From Dehalococcoidia bacterium (lineage in GTDB: Bacteria; Chloroflexota; Dehalococcoidia; Lucifugimonadales; Australimonadaceae): 64,000 bases of DNA. The notes under the pieces were generated by a model. The model was not told the origin of the DNA, made no database searches, and worked only from the letters and a program-made list of their open reading frames with translations. Numbering within the stretch: the stretch's first letter is position 1; each line of letters begins with the position of its first letter. The stretch lies in the NCBI GenBank assembly GCA_963579845.1, contig CAUZHS010000003.1:763-64762 (forward strand), given 5' to 3'. A program made the translations under genes and the position numbers. Of the stretch, positions 7,451-17,587 are shown piece after piece.

Positions 7451-9268
7451 ATGGCCCTCTCTGACGACATCAAGGCCCGTCTCGATATCGTGGACGTGGT
7501 CGCCCAGTACGTACCGGAGTTAAAGCAGTCGGGACGCAATTTCACGGCCCGTTGTCCCTTCCACCAGGAGCGCTCTCCCTCGTTTGTAGTCTTTCCTGAA
7601 CGGCAGACGTGGCGTTGTTTCGGCGCGTGCGCCACGGGTGGCGACCTCTTTTCCTTCGTCATGAAGGCCGATAACGTGGAGTTCACGGGAGCGTTGAGGA
7701 CGTTGGCCCAGCGGGCGGGCGTTTCGATACCGGAACACCGCCGAGAACAGGGACGGTCCAAGCACCCGCTGCTGGCGGTCAATGACCAGGCCCTGCGCTT
7801 TTTCCAAGATGCCCTGGCTGCGGAGCGGGGTCTTTTGGCGCGGGACTATCTGGCCAAGCGGGGAGTCAGCGATGAGTCCGTCCTTCGCTTCGGCCTTGGC
7901 TATAGCCCCAGCACGGGCGACGAGTTGCTCCGGCACATGCAATCCCTGGGCATAACCCAGGAACAGGTGAGAGAGGCGGGATTGGTGACGTCGCCCGAAA
8001 CAGGCACCGTTCGGGACATGTTCCGCGGGAGGCTGATGTTTACCATCCGGGACAGGGATGGCAACATCGTCGGTTTTGCGGGCCGGGCGTTGGACGAAAG
8101 CAACCCCAAGTACCTCAATACCCCTCAAACGGCGCTCTTCGATAAGAGAAGCTTGCTCTACGCTATGAGCCAGGCAAAGGAGAGCATCGCCAAGGAGGGG
8201 CTCGCTGTGGTGGTCGAGGGCTATATGGACGTTATAGCCGCCCATGAGCACGGCTATCAGAACGTCGTTGCATCAATGGGCACAGCGCTGACGGAGCAGC
8301 AGGTGGCATTGCTCAAACAGCATGCCAAGGCCTTCGTCCTGGCCCTGGACCCGGATAATGCGGGACAGGAGGCCACCCTCCGCAGTCTAGAGGGCTCCTG
8401 GAACGTCTTTGGCCAGTTTGCGGCCTCAGGGCGTCGTGGCGGCCTTTATCAACGGCCCGACGAGCTTCAGTCCTTACGCATTGCGCTACTTCCCCTGGGT
8501 AAGGATCCTGACGACCTGATACGTCAGGATCCTGGGCAATGGCGGATTCTGTTGGACCAGGCCCAACCGGTGGTGGAATATTTGTTCGATGCACTGTCGC
8601 GTCGGACAGATCTGGAGAGCAGCGCAGGAAAGGCGGAACTGGCCCAGCGTCTCTTTCCGCTAATAGCAGCCATGCGGAATCCCTACGACCAAGACCGATA
8701 CTTTCAGCGGCTGGCCGCCCTACTACAGGTAACGGTATCCACGTTGGAAGCCAGCGTTGGGCGTCCCAAACCAGCCCAGCGCTCGAAACGCCAGGCTGGT
8801 GGTGCTTTGGAGACCTCCCAGGTGGTTGTTTCGGCATTTCGGCAGGTGGAGGGCGATCCTCTCGAGGAGCGCGTCCTCTCCCTCATGCTGCAACACGACG
8901 ATCTGCTGGTGCGGTGTGCGGAAGTGGTCGAGGAACACTTCCTTCGCTCGGAAAACCGGGCGCTGTTGAGGGCGATCCAAGATGGGGGTATAATGGGACT
9001 TGACAGTGTCAAGCCTCCGGAGGAGATTTGGAATCATTTTGAGCGTATAGCAGGCTGTGACCTTCCTCCGTCCGACAAGTCACAGCGGGATGCGGACTTC
9101 GACGGCTGTATCCGTCGGTTGGAAGAGCGGTATCTTCGGGAGCTCAAGGCCCAGGAAGAGGCGGTGCTGGCCCAGGCGGTGCCGGGTGGTTCGGTGGGCA
9201 TAGAAGACGACCGCATCACGGAGGTGAACCTGCGGCTGAAGGAGATCTTCGGGCGCGCAGACCCTTAG
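7451..9268 (+). CDS. dnaG: DNA primase
   Basis: Zinc ribbon CPFHQERSPSFVVFPERQTWRCFGACATGGDLFSF and a TOPRIM region VVVEGYMDVIAAH...ALDPDNAG. Confidence 0.95.
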   Translation: MALSDDIKARLDIVDVVAQYVPELKQSGRNFTARCPFHQERSPSFVVFPERQTWRCFGACATGGDLFSFVMKADNVEFTGALRTLAQRAGVSIPEHRREQGRSKHPLLAVNDQALRFFQDALAAERGLLARDYLAKRGVSDESVLRFGLGYSPSTGDELLRHMQSLGITQEQVREAGLVTSPETGTVRDMFRGRLMFTIRDRDGNIVGFAGRALDESNPKYLNTPQTALFDKRSLLYAMSQAKESIAKEGLAVVVEGYMDVIAAHEHGYQNVVASMGTALTEQQVALLKQHAKAFVLALDPDNAGQEATLRSLEGSWNVFGQFAASGRRGGLYQRPDELQSLRIALLPLGKDPDDLIRQDPGQWRILLDQAQPVVEYLFDALSRRTDLESSAGKAELAQRLFPLIAAMRNPYDQDRYFQRLAALLQVTVSTLEASVGRPKPAQRSKRQAGGALETSQVVVSAFRQVEGDPLEERVLSLMLQHDDLLVRCAEVVEEHFLRSENRALLRAIQDGGIMGLDSVKPPEEIWNHFERIAGCDLPPSDKSQRDADFDGCIRRLEERYLRELKAQEEAVLAQAVPGGSVGIEDDRITEVNLRLKEIFGRADP

Positions 9269-9298
9269 CGGTTAGGTTGGTTGAGAATAGAGGTGTGT

Positions 9299-10783
9299 AT
9301 GACTCAGGTAGAAAAAAAGACCGAAGAAAACCCAGCGGGAAATGCTGGCTCGGTGCCGGGCGCCGCTGCCGCCGCCGGAGGATCGCAGGCTGATGACATC
9401 ATCTTGGCCCCCTCGGCTGTCAAGCTCATCGAGGCAGCCAAGCCGGGTGTCGCTGGAGTAGGGAAAGAGCGCGAATCGGAGCCGGACGAAGTGGAGAGCG
9501 CTGACCTTATTGATGACCCGGTACGTATGTACCTCCGGGAAATTGGCCGAGTCACGCTGCTCACCGCAGCTGATGAACGGCGCCTGGCGAAGCAGATCGT
9601 TGGCAGTAAGCACCTCGAAAAGAGGGAAAATGAACTGGCCGACGCTGCCAGTCGGCCAGTTCGCGCCACCGATGTCATCCGAAAGATGGTTGAACGCATC
9701 TCCGAAGCCATACCTCTCATCGATGTCCTGGTGGCCGAGGCGGAGCTGGACACAAAGATAACGCTCTCTACGCTCGTTTACGACGAGAAGATGCGAGCGT
9801 CTGTTGATGGCATGCTGGACATTGAAAGGATGGAAGCGCTGGCGCCGGAACTTGGCCTTGAGCCGGAAAAGGTTGGGCCTGCCATTGTCCAGCTGTCGTT
9901 GGACAGCCGGCTGCTGCCGCCGGAGGCCATCGAGGCTTTGGGTCCTGATGTGCTTATCCGTGACCTGAAGGACGTGCTGGACGACGCGGACATTAGCGTG
10001 AGGCTGGAATCCCTCGAATTGGTGTCGCGTAGCCACATCAACGAGCTGAGGAAGGCTGGCAACAAGGCGCAGAAGCATCTGGCTGAGGCCAATCTTCGGT
10101 TGGTGGTGAGCGTCGCCAAGAAGTACATCGGCCGGGGAATGTCGCTTTTGGACCTGATTCAGGAAGGTAATATCGGGCTCATTCGCGCGGTGGAGAAATT
10201 TGACTACCGCCGAGGGTATAAGTTTTCCACCTATGCAACCTGGTGGATTCGGCAGGCTATTACCCGGGCCATTGCCGACCAAGCCCGGACCATTCGCATT
10301 CCGGTCCACATGGTGGAGACCATCAATAAGCTGATGCGGGTCAGCCGTCGGCTGGTCCAGGAGTATGGGCGTGAGCCCACCACCCAGGAGATTGCCGACG
10401 GCATGGAGGTCACTGCGGAACGGGTGCGCGAAATCCTCAAGGTTTCGCAGGAACCCGTTTCCCTGGAGACGCCCATCGGTGAGGAAGAGGATTCCCACCT
10501 GGGCGACTTTATCGAAGACAAGAGTGCCCCCGCCCCTGCCGACGCGGCCACTTTCCAAATCCTTCGGGATCAGATGGCGGGAGTCTTGGATACCCTCAGC
10601 GACCGAGAGCGGCGTGTGTTGCAGCTCCGGTTCGGTTTGGAGGACGGACGGAGCCGGACCCTGGAAGAGGTTGGCCGGGACTTTGGTGTCACCCGGGAGC
10701 GTATTCGTCAGATCGAAGCGAAAGCGCTGCGAAAGCTGCGCCACCCCAGCCGTTCCAAGAAGCTGCGTGACTTCCTCGAATAG
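9299..10783 (+). CDS. rpoD: RNA polymerase primary sigma factor (sigma-70)
   Basis: [75 protein letters not shown], plus a region 4 helix-turn-helix. Conserved dnaG-rpoD order. Start at ATG 9299 behind AGAGGTG. Confidence 0.95.
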   Translation: MTQVEKKTEENPAGNAGSVPGAAAAAGGSQADDIILAPSAVKLIEAAKPGVAGVGKERESEPDEVESADLIDDPVRMYLREIGRVTLLTAADERRLAKQIVGSKHLEKRENELADAASRPVRATDVIRKMVERISEAIPLIDVLVAEAELDTKITLSTLVYDEKMRASVDGMLDIERMEALAPELGLEPEKVGPAIVQLSLDSRLLPPEAIEALGPDVLIRDLKDVLDDADISVRLESLELVSRSHINELRKAGNKAQKHLAEANLRLVVSVAKKYIGRGMSLLDLIQEGNIGLIRAVEKFDYRRGYKFSTYATWWIRQAITRAIADQARTIRIPVHMVETINKLMRVSRRLVQEYGREPTTQEIADGMEVTAERVREILKVSQEPVSLETPIGEEEDSHLGDFIEDKSAPAPADAATFQILRDQMAGVLDTLSDRERRVLQLRFGLEDGRSRTLEEVGRDFGVTRERIRQIEAKALRKLRHPSRSKKLRDFLE

Positions 10784-10804
10784 GCCTGCCCCATACATAC
10801 GTGT

Positions 10805-10837
10805 AAAACAGCCCCGCACTATGGTGGGGCTGTTTTG
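10805..10837 (+). terminator. Rho-independent terminator after rpoD (possibly bidirectional)
   Basis: aaaACAGCCCCgcactatggtGGGGCTGTtttg: an 8-bp GC-rich stem followed by TTTT and preceded by AAAA. It sits between convergent genes. Confidence 0.7.
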
Positions 10838-10863
10838 TGCCGATTAGTATCGGGGGGGGCTCC

Positions 10864-11685
10864 CTATGGATCGGGAGGAGAAGGCTCCGAGGGCAGGGGT
10901 GAGGCTTCCAGGCTGCGGTAGTCCTCGTAGAGGAGTACCAGGAAGACTGTTGCCACGGGAAGGGTTATCGCTTGCGCCACTGAGGCGAGAATGATGATGG
11001 CGGGAACGCTTGCATTGGGCCCTAAGAGGGCCATCAGCACGGTGCTGGAAAAAAGCACGGCAAGGCTGATGCTGAAAAGCATGCCCAAGGTGCGCCAAGT
11101 GCGCCCCCGGACCAACAGCCAACTGCCGTTCAACGCACCGGAGATGCTGGTGGACTCCACCACCAGAATGGGGCCGAAGAATGCCCACCGGGTGAGCAGG
11201 AACACCGCGATTGCTCCTGAAGGCAGGGCGAGGAAGACGATGCCTGTGGCTTCCGCCAGGAACGTAAGGGGCGCGATTAAGACGAAGAGGATCGTAATGA
11301 TGAGGAAGCTTGCGCCTATGTACCGGGGAGCAAGGTTAAAGGCTACTCCAACGGCTGTTTTGAGGGAAGGCGGCTGGTCGCTCCGCACCTGCCAGGCCAC
11401 GGTGATGGAGGCCACATTTGCAATTAGTAAAGGTACCAGCGGGATGAAGCTCCAAAGGATAGCGAAGACTGCGCCTGAGGGCCCCCAGAGGAGGCCTATG
11501 GTGTTTGCCACTAGCGAGGCGGTGACGACGATGGTGAAAAAAGGGCGGAATCCCTTCCGGTAAAGTCGAAAGGTGTCCGAGAGGAGTCGGTCGAAGGGCT
11601 TCGGTTGGTCTTCTAGTCGGGGTTCGTTGTAGGCCAATGTGGACAGTCCTCGCTGCGTGATGATAAGTATCTGGGTGTATGGCAA
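10864..11685 (-). CDS. Polytopic membrane protein of unknown function
   Basis: About 6-7 hydrophobic segments and a Pro/Ser-rich C-terminal tail. No recognised motif, and the start is uncertain. Confidence 0.55.
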   Translation of the reverse strand: MPYTQILIITQRGLSTLAYNEPRLEDQPKPFDRLLSDTFRLYRKGFRPFFTIVVTASLVANTIGLLWGPSGAVFAILWSFIPLVPLLIANVASITVAWQVRSDQPPSLKTAVGVAFNLAPRYIGASFLIITILFVLIAPLTFLAEATGIVFLALPSGAIAVFLLTRWAFFGPILVVESTSISGALNGSWLLVRGRTWRTLGMLFSISLAVLFSSTVLMALLGPNASVPAIIILASVAQAITLPVATVFLVLLYEDYRSLEASPLPSEPSPPDP

Positions 11686-11887
11686 CCGTTGCTGCTACCG
11701 AGGATAAGCTCTTTTGGGGGTGAGTGCATGCCCAAGGCGCCGGATTTGGAAGCCATGAAGGAATTTGTCAACGAGTAGCCGACCATGCGGGGACTAGATC
11801 GATTTCGAGTGTTGGGTCGCATGATGGTGTGACCCCTCTTCGCCTACCTTCGCCAGCAGCGCGCATCGGCCCCCACCTCCTGAGCGG

Positions 11888-13225
11888 CTATATTTTCGGC
11901 AGGCCCATGCCTGCCATGTTGCCCCGCTTGCCCCCGGCCATCTGCTTCATGAGCTTTTGCATTTGTTTGAACTGATTCAGAAGTTGGTTGACGTCGGTGG
12001 GAGTGGTGCCGCTTCCCAGTGCCACGCGGCTGCGGCGGCTGCCCGTGATCTTGTCAGGGTTCCTGCGTTCCCACAGGGTCATGGAGGAGATGATGGCTTC
12101 GATGCGCCCGAGCTGGCCGTCGTCGGCCTGTTGAGTGGGCAGCTTGGAGCGGAACGCCTGGGGAAGCATGTCCATGAGCGACGATATCGGACCCATGCGC
12201 TTGATGGCCTTGAGCTGGGTGAGGAAATCGCTCAGATCGAACTGGGCACGGCGCAACTTGCGCTGCATCTCCTGGGCTTCGTCCTCCTCGATCTGCTCCT
12301 GGGCCTTCTCCACCAGCGTGAGCACATCGCCCATACCCAGAATACGTGAGGCCATGCGCTCAGGGTGAAAGGGTTCCAAGGCGTCGGCCTTTTCGCCCAC
12401 CCCGGCGAATATCACCGGCACGCCGGTGATATGGGTGGCGGTGAGCGCCGCGCCGCCTCGGGCGTCACCGTCCAGTTTGGCGAGGATAAGGCCGCTCAGG
12501 CCGACGTGCTCATGGAAGGCCGCTGCGGCGTTCACGGCGTCCTGGCCTGTCATGGCGTCAAGCACCATCAGCGTTTCGGCTGGGTCCAGGTCCTCTTTCA
12601 TCTGCTCAAGTTCAGCCATGAGGCCTTTGTCGAGGTGGAGTCGTCCACCCGTGTCAACGATGCACCACATGACGCCGAGGTCTTTGGCCTTGCTCTTGCC
12701 CCTGGCAGCCACCTTCGGGCCGTCGTCAGGGCCCGCCTTTGGCTCGCTATAGACGGGTATGTTCAACTGCTTGCCCAACGTTTCAAGCTGCTGGACTGCT
12801 GCTGGCCTGCGAAGGTCGGCGGCCACTAGCAGCGCGCGGTGGCCCTGACGGCGAAGGTGAAGCGCCAGCTTCGAGGCGGTGGTCGTCTTGCCGGAGCCTT
12901 GAAGCCCGACCAGCAAGATCACGCTGGGCGGTGCGGGTTTGGGTTGGAGCGACTGCTGACCTGTTCCCAGCAACGCTGCCAGCTCGTCGTGAACGATCTT
13001 GACCACCTGTTGCCCGGGAGAGATGCCCTTCAACACTCCGGTTCCTATCGCCTTTTCGCGAATGACCGCGACTAGCTCGCGGGCAACCTTGAAGTTGACG
13101 TCCGCTTCCAGGAGGGCTAGCCGTATATCGCGCATCGCCGTGTCTAGGTCGTCGTCGGTCAGACGGCCCTTGCTGCCTAGGCGTCCAAAGACGGAAGTGA
13201 GTTTATCGGTGAGGTTTTCAAACAC
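11888..13225 (-). CDS. ffh: Signal recognition particle protein Ffh
   Basis: (V)FENLTDKLTSVFGRL..., GLQGSGKTTTASKLA, DTGGRLH, and a Met-rich M domain. Start placed at GTG 13225 by N-terminal homology, with GGGAGA upstream. Confidence 0.95.
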   Translation of the reverse strand: MFENLTDKLTSVFGRLGSKGRLTDDDLDTAMRDIRLALLEADVNFKVARELVAVIREKAIGTGVLKGISPGQQVVKIVHDELAALLGTGQQSLQPKPAPPSVILLVGLQGSGKTTTASKLALHLRRQGHRALLVAADLRRPAAVQQLETLGKQLNIPVYSEPKAGPDDGPKVAARGKSKAKDLGVMWCIVDTGGRLHLDKGLMAELEQMKEDLDPAETLMVLDAMTGQDAVNAAAAFHEHVGLSGLILAKLDGDARGGAALTATHITGVPVIFAGVGEKADALEPFHPERMASRILGMGDVLTLVEKAQEQIEEDEAQEMQRKLRRAQFDLSDFLTQLKAIKRMGPISSLMDMLPQAFRSKLPTQQADDGQLGRIEAIISSMTLWERRNPDKITGSRRSRVALGSGTTPTDVNQLLNQFKQMQKLMKQMAGGKRGNMAGMGLPKI

Positions 13226-13370
13226 GGTGGTCTCCCAAGCATACACCGGCTCCCTGCGTAGTGCCGCCTCTGGACGGAGGCATAGGTAGGCGTAGTACAA
13301 TGCTCGGGTTGCCAACGGTATGTAGTGGCACGGTAGACTGAGAAATCACAGGTGGTTTTCACGTGACGTT

Positions 13371-14480
13371 GTGATGTTGAGTCAAACCCCAAGCAATTTG
13401 AATCCCCACCAGGTCTTGGTCGCCATGAGCGGCGGTGTAGATTCGTCGGTGGCTGCGTTGCTCTTGCACCGTCAGGGCTACGATGTGATTGGCATCACCA
13501 TGCGGATGTGGGCGGAGGCTCCCGGGGCTGTTAATCACATCCAGCAGAGTTGCTGTTCCGTCGAGGACGTGGAGGACGCTCGGCGAGTCGCCCAGATCAT
13601 CGGCATTCCCCACTATGTGATGAACGTGGAGCGCGAGTTCGGCACCCACGTCATGGACTACTTTGTCGCTGAATACCAGCGTGGCCGGACGCCGCACCCG
13701 TGCATCGCCTGCAACGACCGCATCAAGTTCGGTTCCCTGATGCGGCGGGCCGAATCCCTTGGTGCCGGATACGTTGCGACAGGACACTACGCTCGCATTC
13801 AACGGGAGACGGGCAGTGAGAAGCGTATGCTCCTCAGGGGAGTGGATGAGACCAAAGACCAGTCCTATGTGCTCTTTGGTCTTTCCCAGGAATTGCTGTG
13901 TCGACTGCTGTTTCCCGTGGGTGAGTACTCGAAGGAGGAGATTCGCGAGCTGGCCTTCGAGGCGGGCATGTCGGTGGCTGGCAAGCCGGATAGTCAGGAG
14001 ATATGTTTCGTTCCCGGCGGGGACTACCGGGAGTTTTTGCGCGAACGTGTCCAGCCCCAGCCAGGAGAGATGGTGACCGCGGACGGGGCGTCTTTGGGAA
14101 CGCACCAGGGCATTGAGAACTTCACGGTGGGCCAGCGCCGTGGATTGGGTGTCGCCACCGGCGAGCGGTTGTTTGTTTCGGAGATTGACCCGAAAACACG
14201 ACGTGTGATGCTGGGGAGAGAGCAAGACCTCTACCATGTCGCGGCTTCGGTGGAGCAGGTGAGCTACATCGCGGGGGATCCGCCCTCGGAGCCACGTGTC
14301 GTGAAGGCCAAGATTCGTTATAACGCTAGGCCGGTGACTGCCGTTCTGGAGCCGGATGGCGCACGTGCCATTCTTCGTTTCGATATGCCGCAGCGCGCGT
14401 TGAGCCCCGGACAGGCTGCTGTTTTCTACGACGGCGAGGCGCTCCTGGGTGGCGGTTTTATCGACCGTCCTTTGGATTAA
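13371..14480 (+). CDS. mnmA: tRNA-specific 2-thiouridylase MnmA
   Basis: PP-loop [18 protein letters not shown], plus ...[10 protein letters not shown]..., KDQSYVLF. Confidence 0.95.
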   Translation: MMLSQTPSNLNPHQVLVAMSGGVDSSVAALLLHRQGYDVIGITMRMWAEAPGAVNHIQQSCCSVEDVEDARRVAQIIGIPHYVMNVEREFGTHVMDYFVAEYQRGRTPHPCIACNDRIKFGSLMRRAESLGAGYVATGHYARIQRETGSEKRMLLRGVDETKDQSYVLFGLSQELLCRLLFPVGEYSKEEIRELAFEAGMSVAGKPDSQEICFVPGGDYREFLRERVQPQPGEMVTADGASLGTHQGIENFTVGQRRGLGVATGERLFVSEIDPKTRRVMLGREQDLYHVAASVEQVSYIAGDPPSEPRVVKAKIRYNARPVTAVLEPDGARAILRFDMPQRALSPGQAAVFYDGEALLGGGFIDRPLD

Positions 14481-14507
14481 TGGAACACCCACAGGAGTAA
14501 ATAGCGC

Positions 14508-15170
14508 GTGGCTATGCGCCGTGTCTTACCCACCCAGACCGAGGAGCGGCGCCTGTGGGAGCGGGGTTTTTCCCATGTTGCCGGTATCGATGAGGTGGGC
14601 CGGGGTCCGTTGGCTGGACCAGTGGTGGCCGCCGCCGTGGTGCTCCCTAGCCTGAGCGACCTCCAGCACCGCGACTTGCCCCTTATCAGAGACAGCAAGA
14701 CCCTCAGTCCGGCCCAGCGTCAGCGTGCAAACTTACTGGTTCAGGAGGTCGCGCTGTCCTGGGCGGTAGGGGAGGTTGAAGCCCAAGACATCGACCGCAT
14801 GGGCATCGCCACGGCCACCCGGTTGGCCATGCGGCGTGCCTTGGACCAGTTGCCACAGCCCCCCGACCACCTGTTGGTGGACGCTTTGCAGCTTTCGTGG
14901 AACAACCGGCCCTGTTTGGCCGTGGTGCATGGCGATGGTCTGTGCACGGCTATTGCGGCAGCCTCGGTGGTGGCCAAGGTGTACCGGGACGCTCATATGA
15001 CGACGCTGAGTGAGCGTTACCCGGAGTATGGGTTCAGCGCCCACAAGGGCTACGCGTCCCAGATACACCTCCAGGCCTTGGAGCGGTTTGGGCCGACCCC
15101 CGAACACCGCCGCTCTTTCTCTCCGCTCCGTCAACGGCTGCCGCTGGAGTTCGCCGAGTCTCGTGCCTAG
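14508..15170 (+). CDS. rnhB: Ribonuclease HII
   Basis: [21 protein letters not shown]..., [23 protein letters not shown]. Confidence 0.95.
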   Translation: MAMRRVLPTQTEERRLWERGFSHVAGIDEVGRGPLAGPVVAAAVVLPSLSDLQHRDLPLIRDSKTLSPAQRQRANLLVQEVALSWAVGEVEAQDIDRMGIATATRLAMRRALDQLPQPPDHLLVDALQLSWNNRPCLAVVHGDGLCTAIAAASVVAKVYRDAHMTTLSERYPEYGFSAHKGYASQIHLQALERFGPTPEHRRSFSPLRQRLPLEFAESRA

Positions 15171-15315
15171 CGCCGACTTTTCCTCGCCCATAGTAGGGGG
15201 GATCCCCCAGGCGTAGACGTGCGACGAGCCTGATTACGCCTAGCGAGTTGCTTGGAAGTGGTTAGCCCGTCTACCATCACGGCAGCAACGTTTTCGGGAG
15301 TTTTAATCGAGGGCC

Positions 15316-16002
15316 ATGGTAAATATGTACGTGGGCGAGCGGACCAGGCATCAGTTGGCGGCCAAGCTGACTGGGCTTTACGTGATCATCGACCCGGAGC
15401 TGACTAACGGTCGCGACCTTCTGCAGGTGGCCCGCCAGGCCCTGGAGGGTGGAGCCACGGCAATTCAGTTCCGGGACAAGCACCGGGATAAGGGAGATGC
15501 GCTACCCACGGCGCAACGGCTCCTGAAGATTTGCCGCGATTACGACGCCGTGCTGATTATCAACGATCACGCCGACCTGGCCGTGGCCTGTGCCGCCGGA
15601 GGCGTGCACGTCGGGCAGCACGACCTGCCCATACCGATGGCCCGCGCCGTCCTGAAGCCGTGGCAGCTCGTCGGCTCCTCCAATGCCCTGGAGGACGAGG
15701 CCATTGCTTCCTACCAGGACAGGGCCGACTATATAGCCGTGGGTGCCATGTTCTCGACCTCTTCCAAGGTCAACACCCGTCCAGCGGGCCTGGCGACGCT
15801 CAAAGCCGTGCGCGAAATTATTCCCGCCGATGGCCCACCTCTCATTGCCATCGGGGGCATCGATAAGCTGAATGTAGCGGAGGTGGCGAAGGCTGGTGCC
15901 GACGGTATCGCGGTCATCGGTGCCGTAGCAATGGCTGAGGACCCAGCCCGCGCTGCCAGCGAGTTATTGAACGCCTTTTTGAGTGCCAAGGCGGGCTCGT
16001 GA
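15316..16002 (+). CDS. thiE: Thiamine-phosphate synthase
   Basis: LYVIIDPEL...IQFRDKH...LIINDHADLA...VHVGQHDLP...AIGGI. Confidence 0.9.
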   Translation: MVNMYVGERTRHQLAAKLTGLYVIIDPELTNGRDLLQVARQALEGGATAIQFRDKHRDKGDALPTAQRLLKICRDYDAVLIINDHADLAVACAAGGVHVGQHDLPIPMARAVLKPWQLVGSSNALEDEAIASYQDRADYIAVGAMFSTSSKVNTRPAGLATLKAVREIIPADGPPLIAIGGIDKLNVAEVAKAGADGIAVIGAVAMAEDPARAASELLNAFLSAKAGS

Positions 16003-16072
16003 AGGCTGTGACCTTCATGCTTCGATTAGGGTGTCTTTCCGTGAACGAGATGTCTTCGGAGCGGGTGACTCG

Positions 16073-17581
16073 CTAGGGGATGAGGCTGCGCGCGGCGGTG
16101 CGTGCGACATCGAGTAACGCATTAGGCATGATACCCAAGAACAGAATACCAACGCCCGTGACCGCGAGGGCCATCGAGGCTGGTATGCTGATGCCCAAGC
16201 GCTCGGTGGAGGGCGCTTCTGGCAGATACATGACCCGTATTATCCTGACGTAGTAGTAGGCGGAGACCACGCTATTCACGGTGCCCATCACCGCCAGCCA
16301 GACCAGGTCTGCGTCAACGGCGGCGTTGAATAAAAATAGCTTGCCCATGAACCCCGCCGTTGGTGGCACACCCATGAGGGATAACAGAGAGAAGGCGAGA
16401 AGCCCTGCCAGCCACGGTGAGCGTTTCGCCATTCCGGCCAGACCATCGATCTGCTCGTTTCCGGTCCGGCTCGTGATGGCCATGATAGCGAAGAAGGCCG
16501 TCAGGTTCATGGCGCCGTAGGCCACAAGGTAAAACATGAGCCCGCTGGGCCCGATGTTCTCGCTCCCCGTCTCGGCCACGGCTGCCACACCGATGAGCAT
16601 GTATCCCGCGTGGGCGATGGCGCTGTAGCCGAGAAGGCGTTTGAGGTTGCTTTGGGCGATCGCCACAACGTTACCCACCGTCATGGTGACCGCGCTCAGG
16701 ATGGCGAAGAGCAATGTCCAGTCATCGCTTACCGCACCCAGGCCCACGTGGAAGAGCCGCAGGAGGATGGCAAAGCCGGCCGCCTTGCTGGCTACGGCCA
16801 GAAAAGCACCCACCGGAGTCGGCGCGCCCTCGTACACGTCGGGCGTCCACATCTGGAAGGGCACAATGGAGAGCTTGAAGCCCAACCCCGCCACCGTCAG
16901 CACCACTCCCACCAGCAGCGCGTAGCTCCCGAAGGGAATTGTGGAATCGGTAGCGGTGACCATAGTGGCAATGGTCGGGACGGCCGAATCCAGGCTGAAG
17001 ATACGAACCGTGCCCGTGGCCCCATAAATGTACGCGAAACCGTATAGGAGCACCGCCGAGCTGATGGCCGAGAGCAGGAGGAATTTTATGCCCGCTTCGA
17101 TAGAGCGGACCTCGGAGCCGGGGAAGGCGGCCAGGGCGACAACGGGGAGCGCGGCCAGCTCCAAGGCGATGTAGACCGTGATGAGGTCGGCAGCTGAGGC
17201 CAAGGTCATTAACCCAGCGGCTGACAGGAATACGAGCCCGATAAACTCGGCCTGGTGTCGTCGGAACCGGGAGATGTACTCCCTTGAAGCAAGCAACAGC
17301 AGGGCAAGGATAGCGATGATCAGGAACTTGAAGAAGAGGGCGAATTTGTCCAGCACTACAGTTCCGTGGAAAGCCTCGTCGGCACCGGCCTGTAGGCCGT
17401 CGATGTCCTCCCAGAGTAGGATGCCGAAGGCCGTGGGTACGAGGAGCCCCGCCAAGGCGAAGACCAGCAGGAGGTCCTTGCGCCGGCCCACCGCGAGGTC
17501 GAGGAACACAATAAGCATGCCGAGGACGGCGATGCCCAACTCGGGAGTAATAAGATAGATGTCTCGGGCTTCCAGTCCCAC
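16073..17581 (-). CDS. nuoN: NADH-quinone oxidoreductase subunit N
   Basis: MWTPDVYEGAPTPVGAFLAVASKAAGF; about 14 TM segments; last gene of the nuo operon. Confidence 0.9.
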   Translation of the reverse strand: MGLEARDIYLITPELGIAVLGMLIVFLDLAVGRRKDLLLVFALAGLLVPTAFGILLWEDIDGLQAGADEAFHGTVVLDKFALFFKFLIIAILALLLLASREYISRFRRHQAEFIGLVFLSAAGLMTLASAADLITVYIALELAALPVVALAAFPGSEVRSIEAGIKFLLLSAISSAVLLYGFAYIYGATGTVRIFSLDSAVPTIATMVTATDSTIPFGSYALLVGVVLTVAGLGFKLSIVPFQMWTPDVYEGAPTPVGAFLAVASKAAGFAILLRLFHVGLGAVSDDWTLLFAILSAVTMTVGNVVAIAQSNLKRLLGYSAIAHAGYMLIGVAAVAETGSENIGPSGLMFYLVAYGAMNLTAFFAIMAITSRTGNEQIDGLAGMAKRSPWLAGLLAFSLLSLMGVPPTAGFMGKLFLFNAAVDADLVWLAVMGTVNSVVSAYYYVRIIRVMYLPEAPSTERLGISIPASMALAVTGVGILFLGIMPNALLDVARTAARSLIP

Positions 17582-17587
17582 GGCGGC

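Noticed and set aside
9272-10819. 515-aa antisense ORF opposite rpoD. Similar long shadow ORFs occur at 3530-4372, 13359-14492, 35517-36428, 43618-44487 and 60078-60926.
   Set aside because: These are typical high-GC antisense reading frames. Their composition is rich in Arg, Gly, Pro and His, they carry no motifs, and each is fully contained in a strongly supported gene on the other strand.
15171-15315. TPP riboswitch upstream of thiE, and the gggggatccccc palindrome at about 15205-15216
   Set aside because: GAGCCTGATTACGCCTAGCG vaguely resembles the ACCUGAUCUGGAUAAUGCCAGCG core, but the CUGAGA element and the pairing partners are missing. The palindrome has no loop or U-tract, so it is not a terminator.
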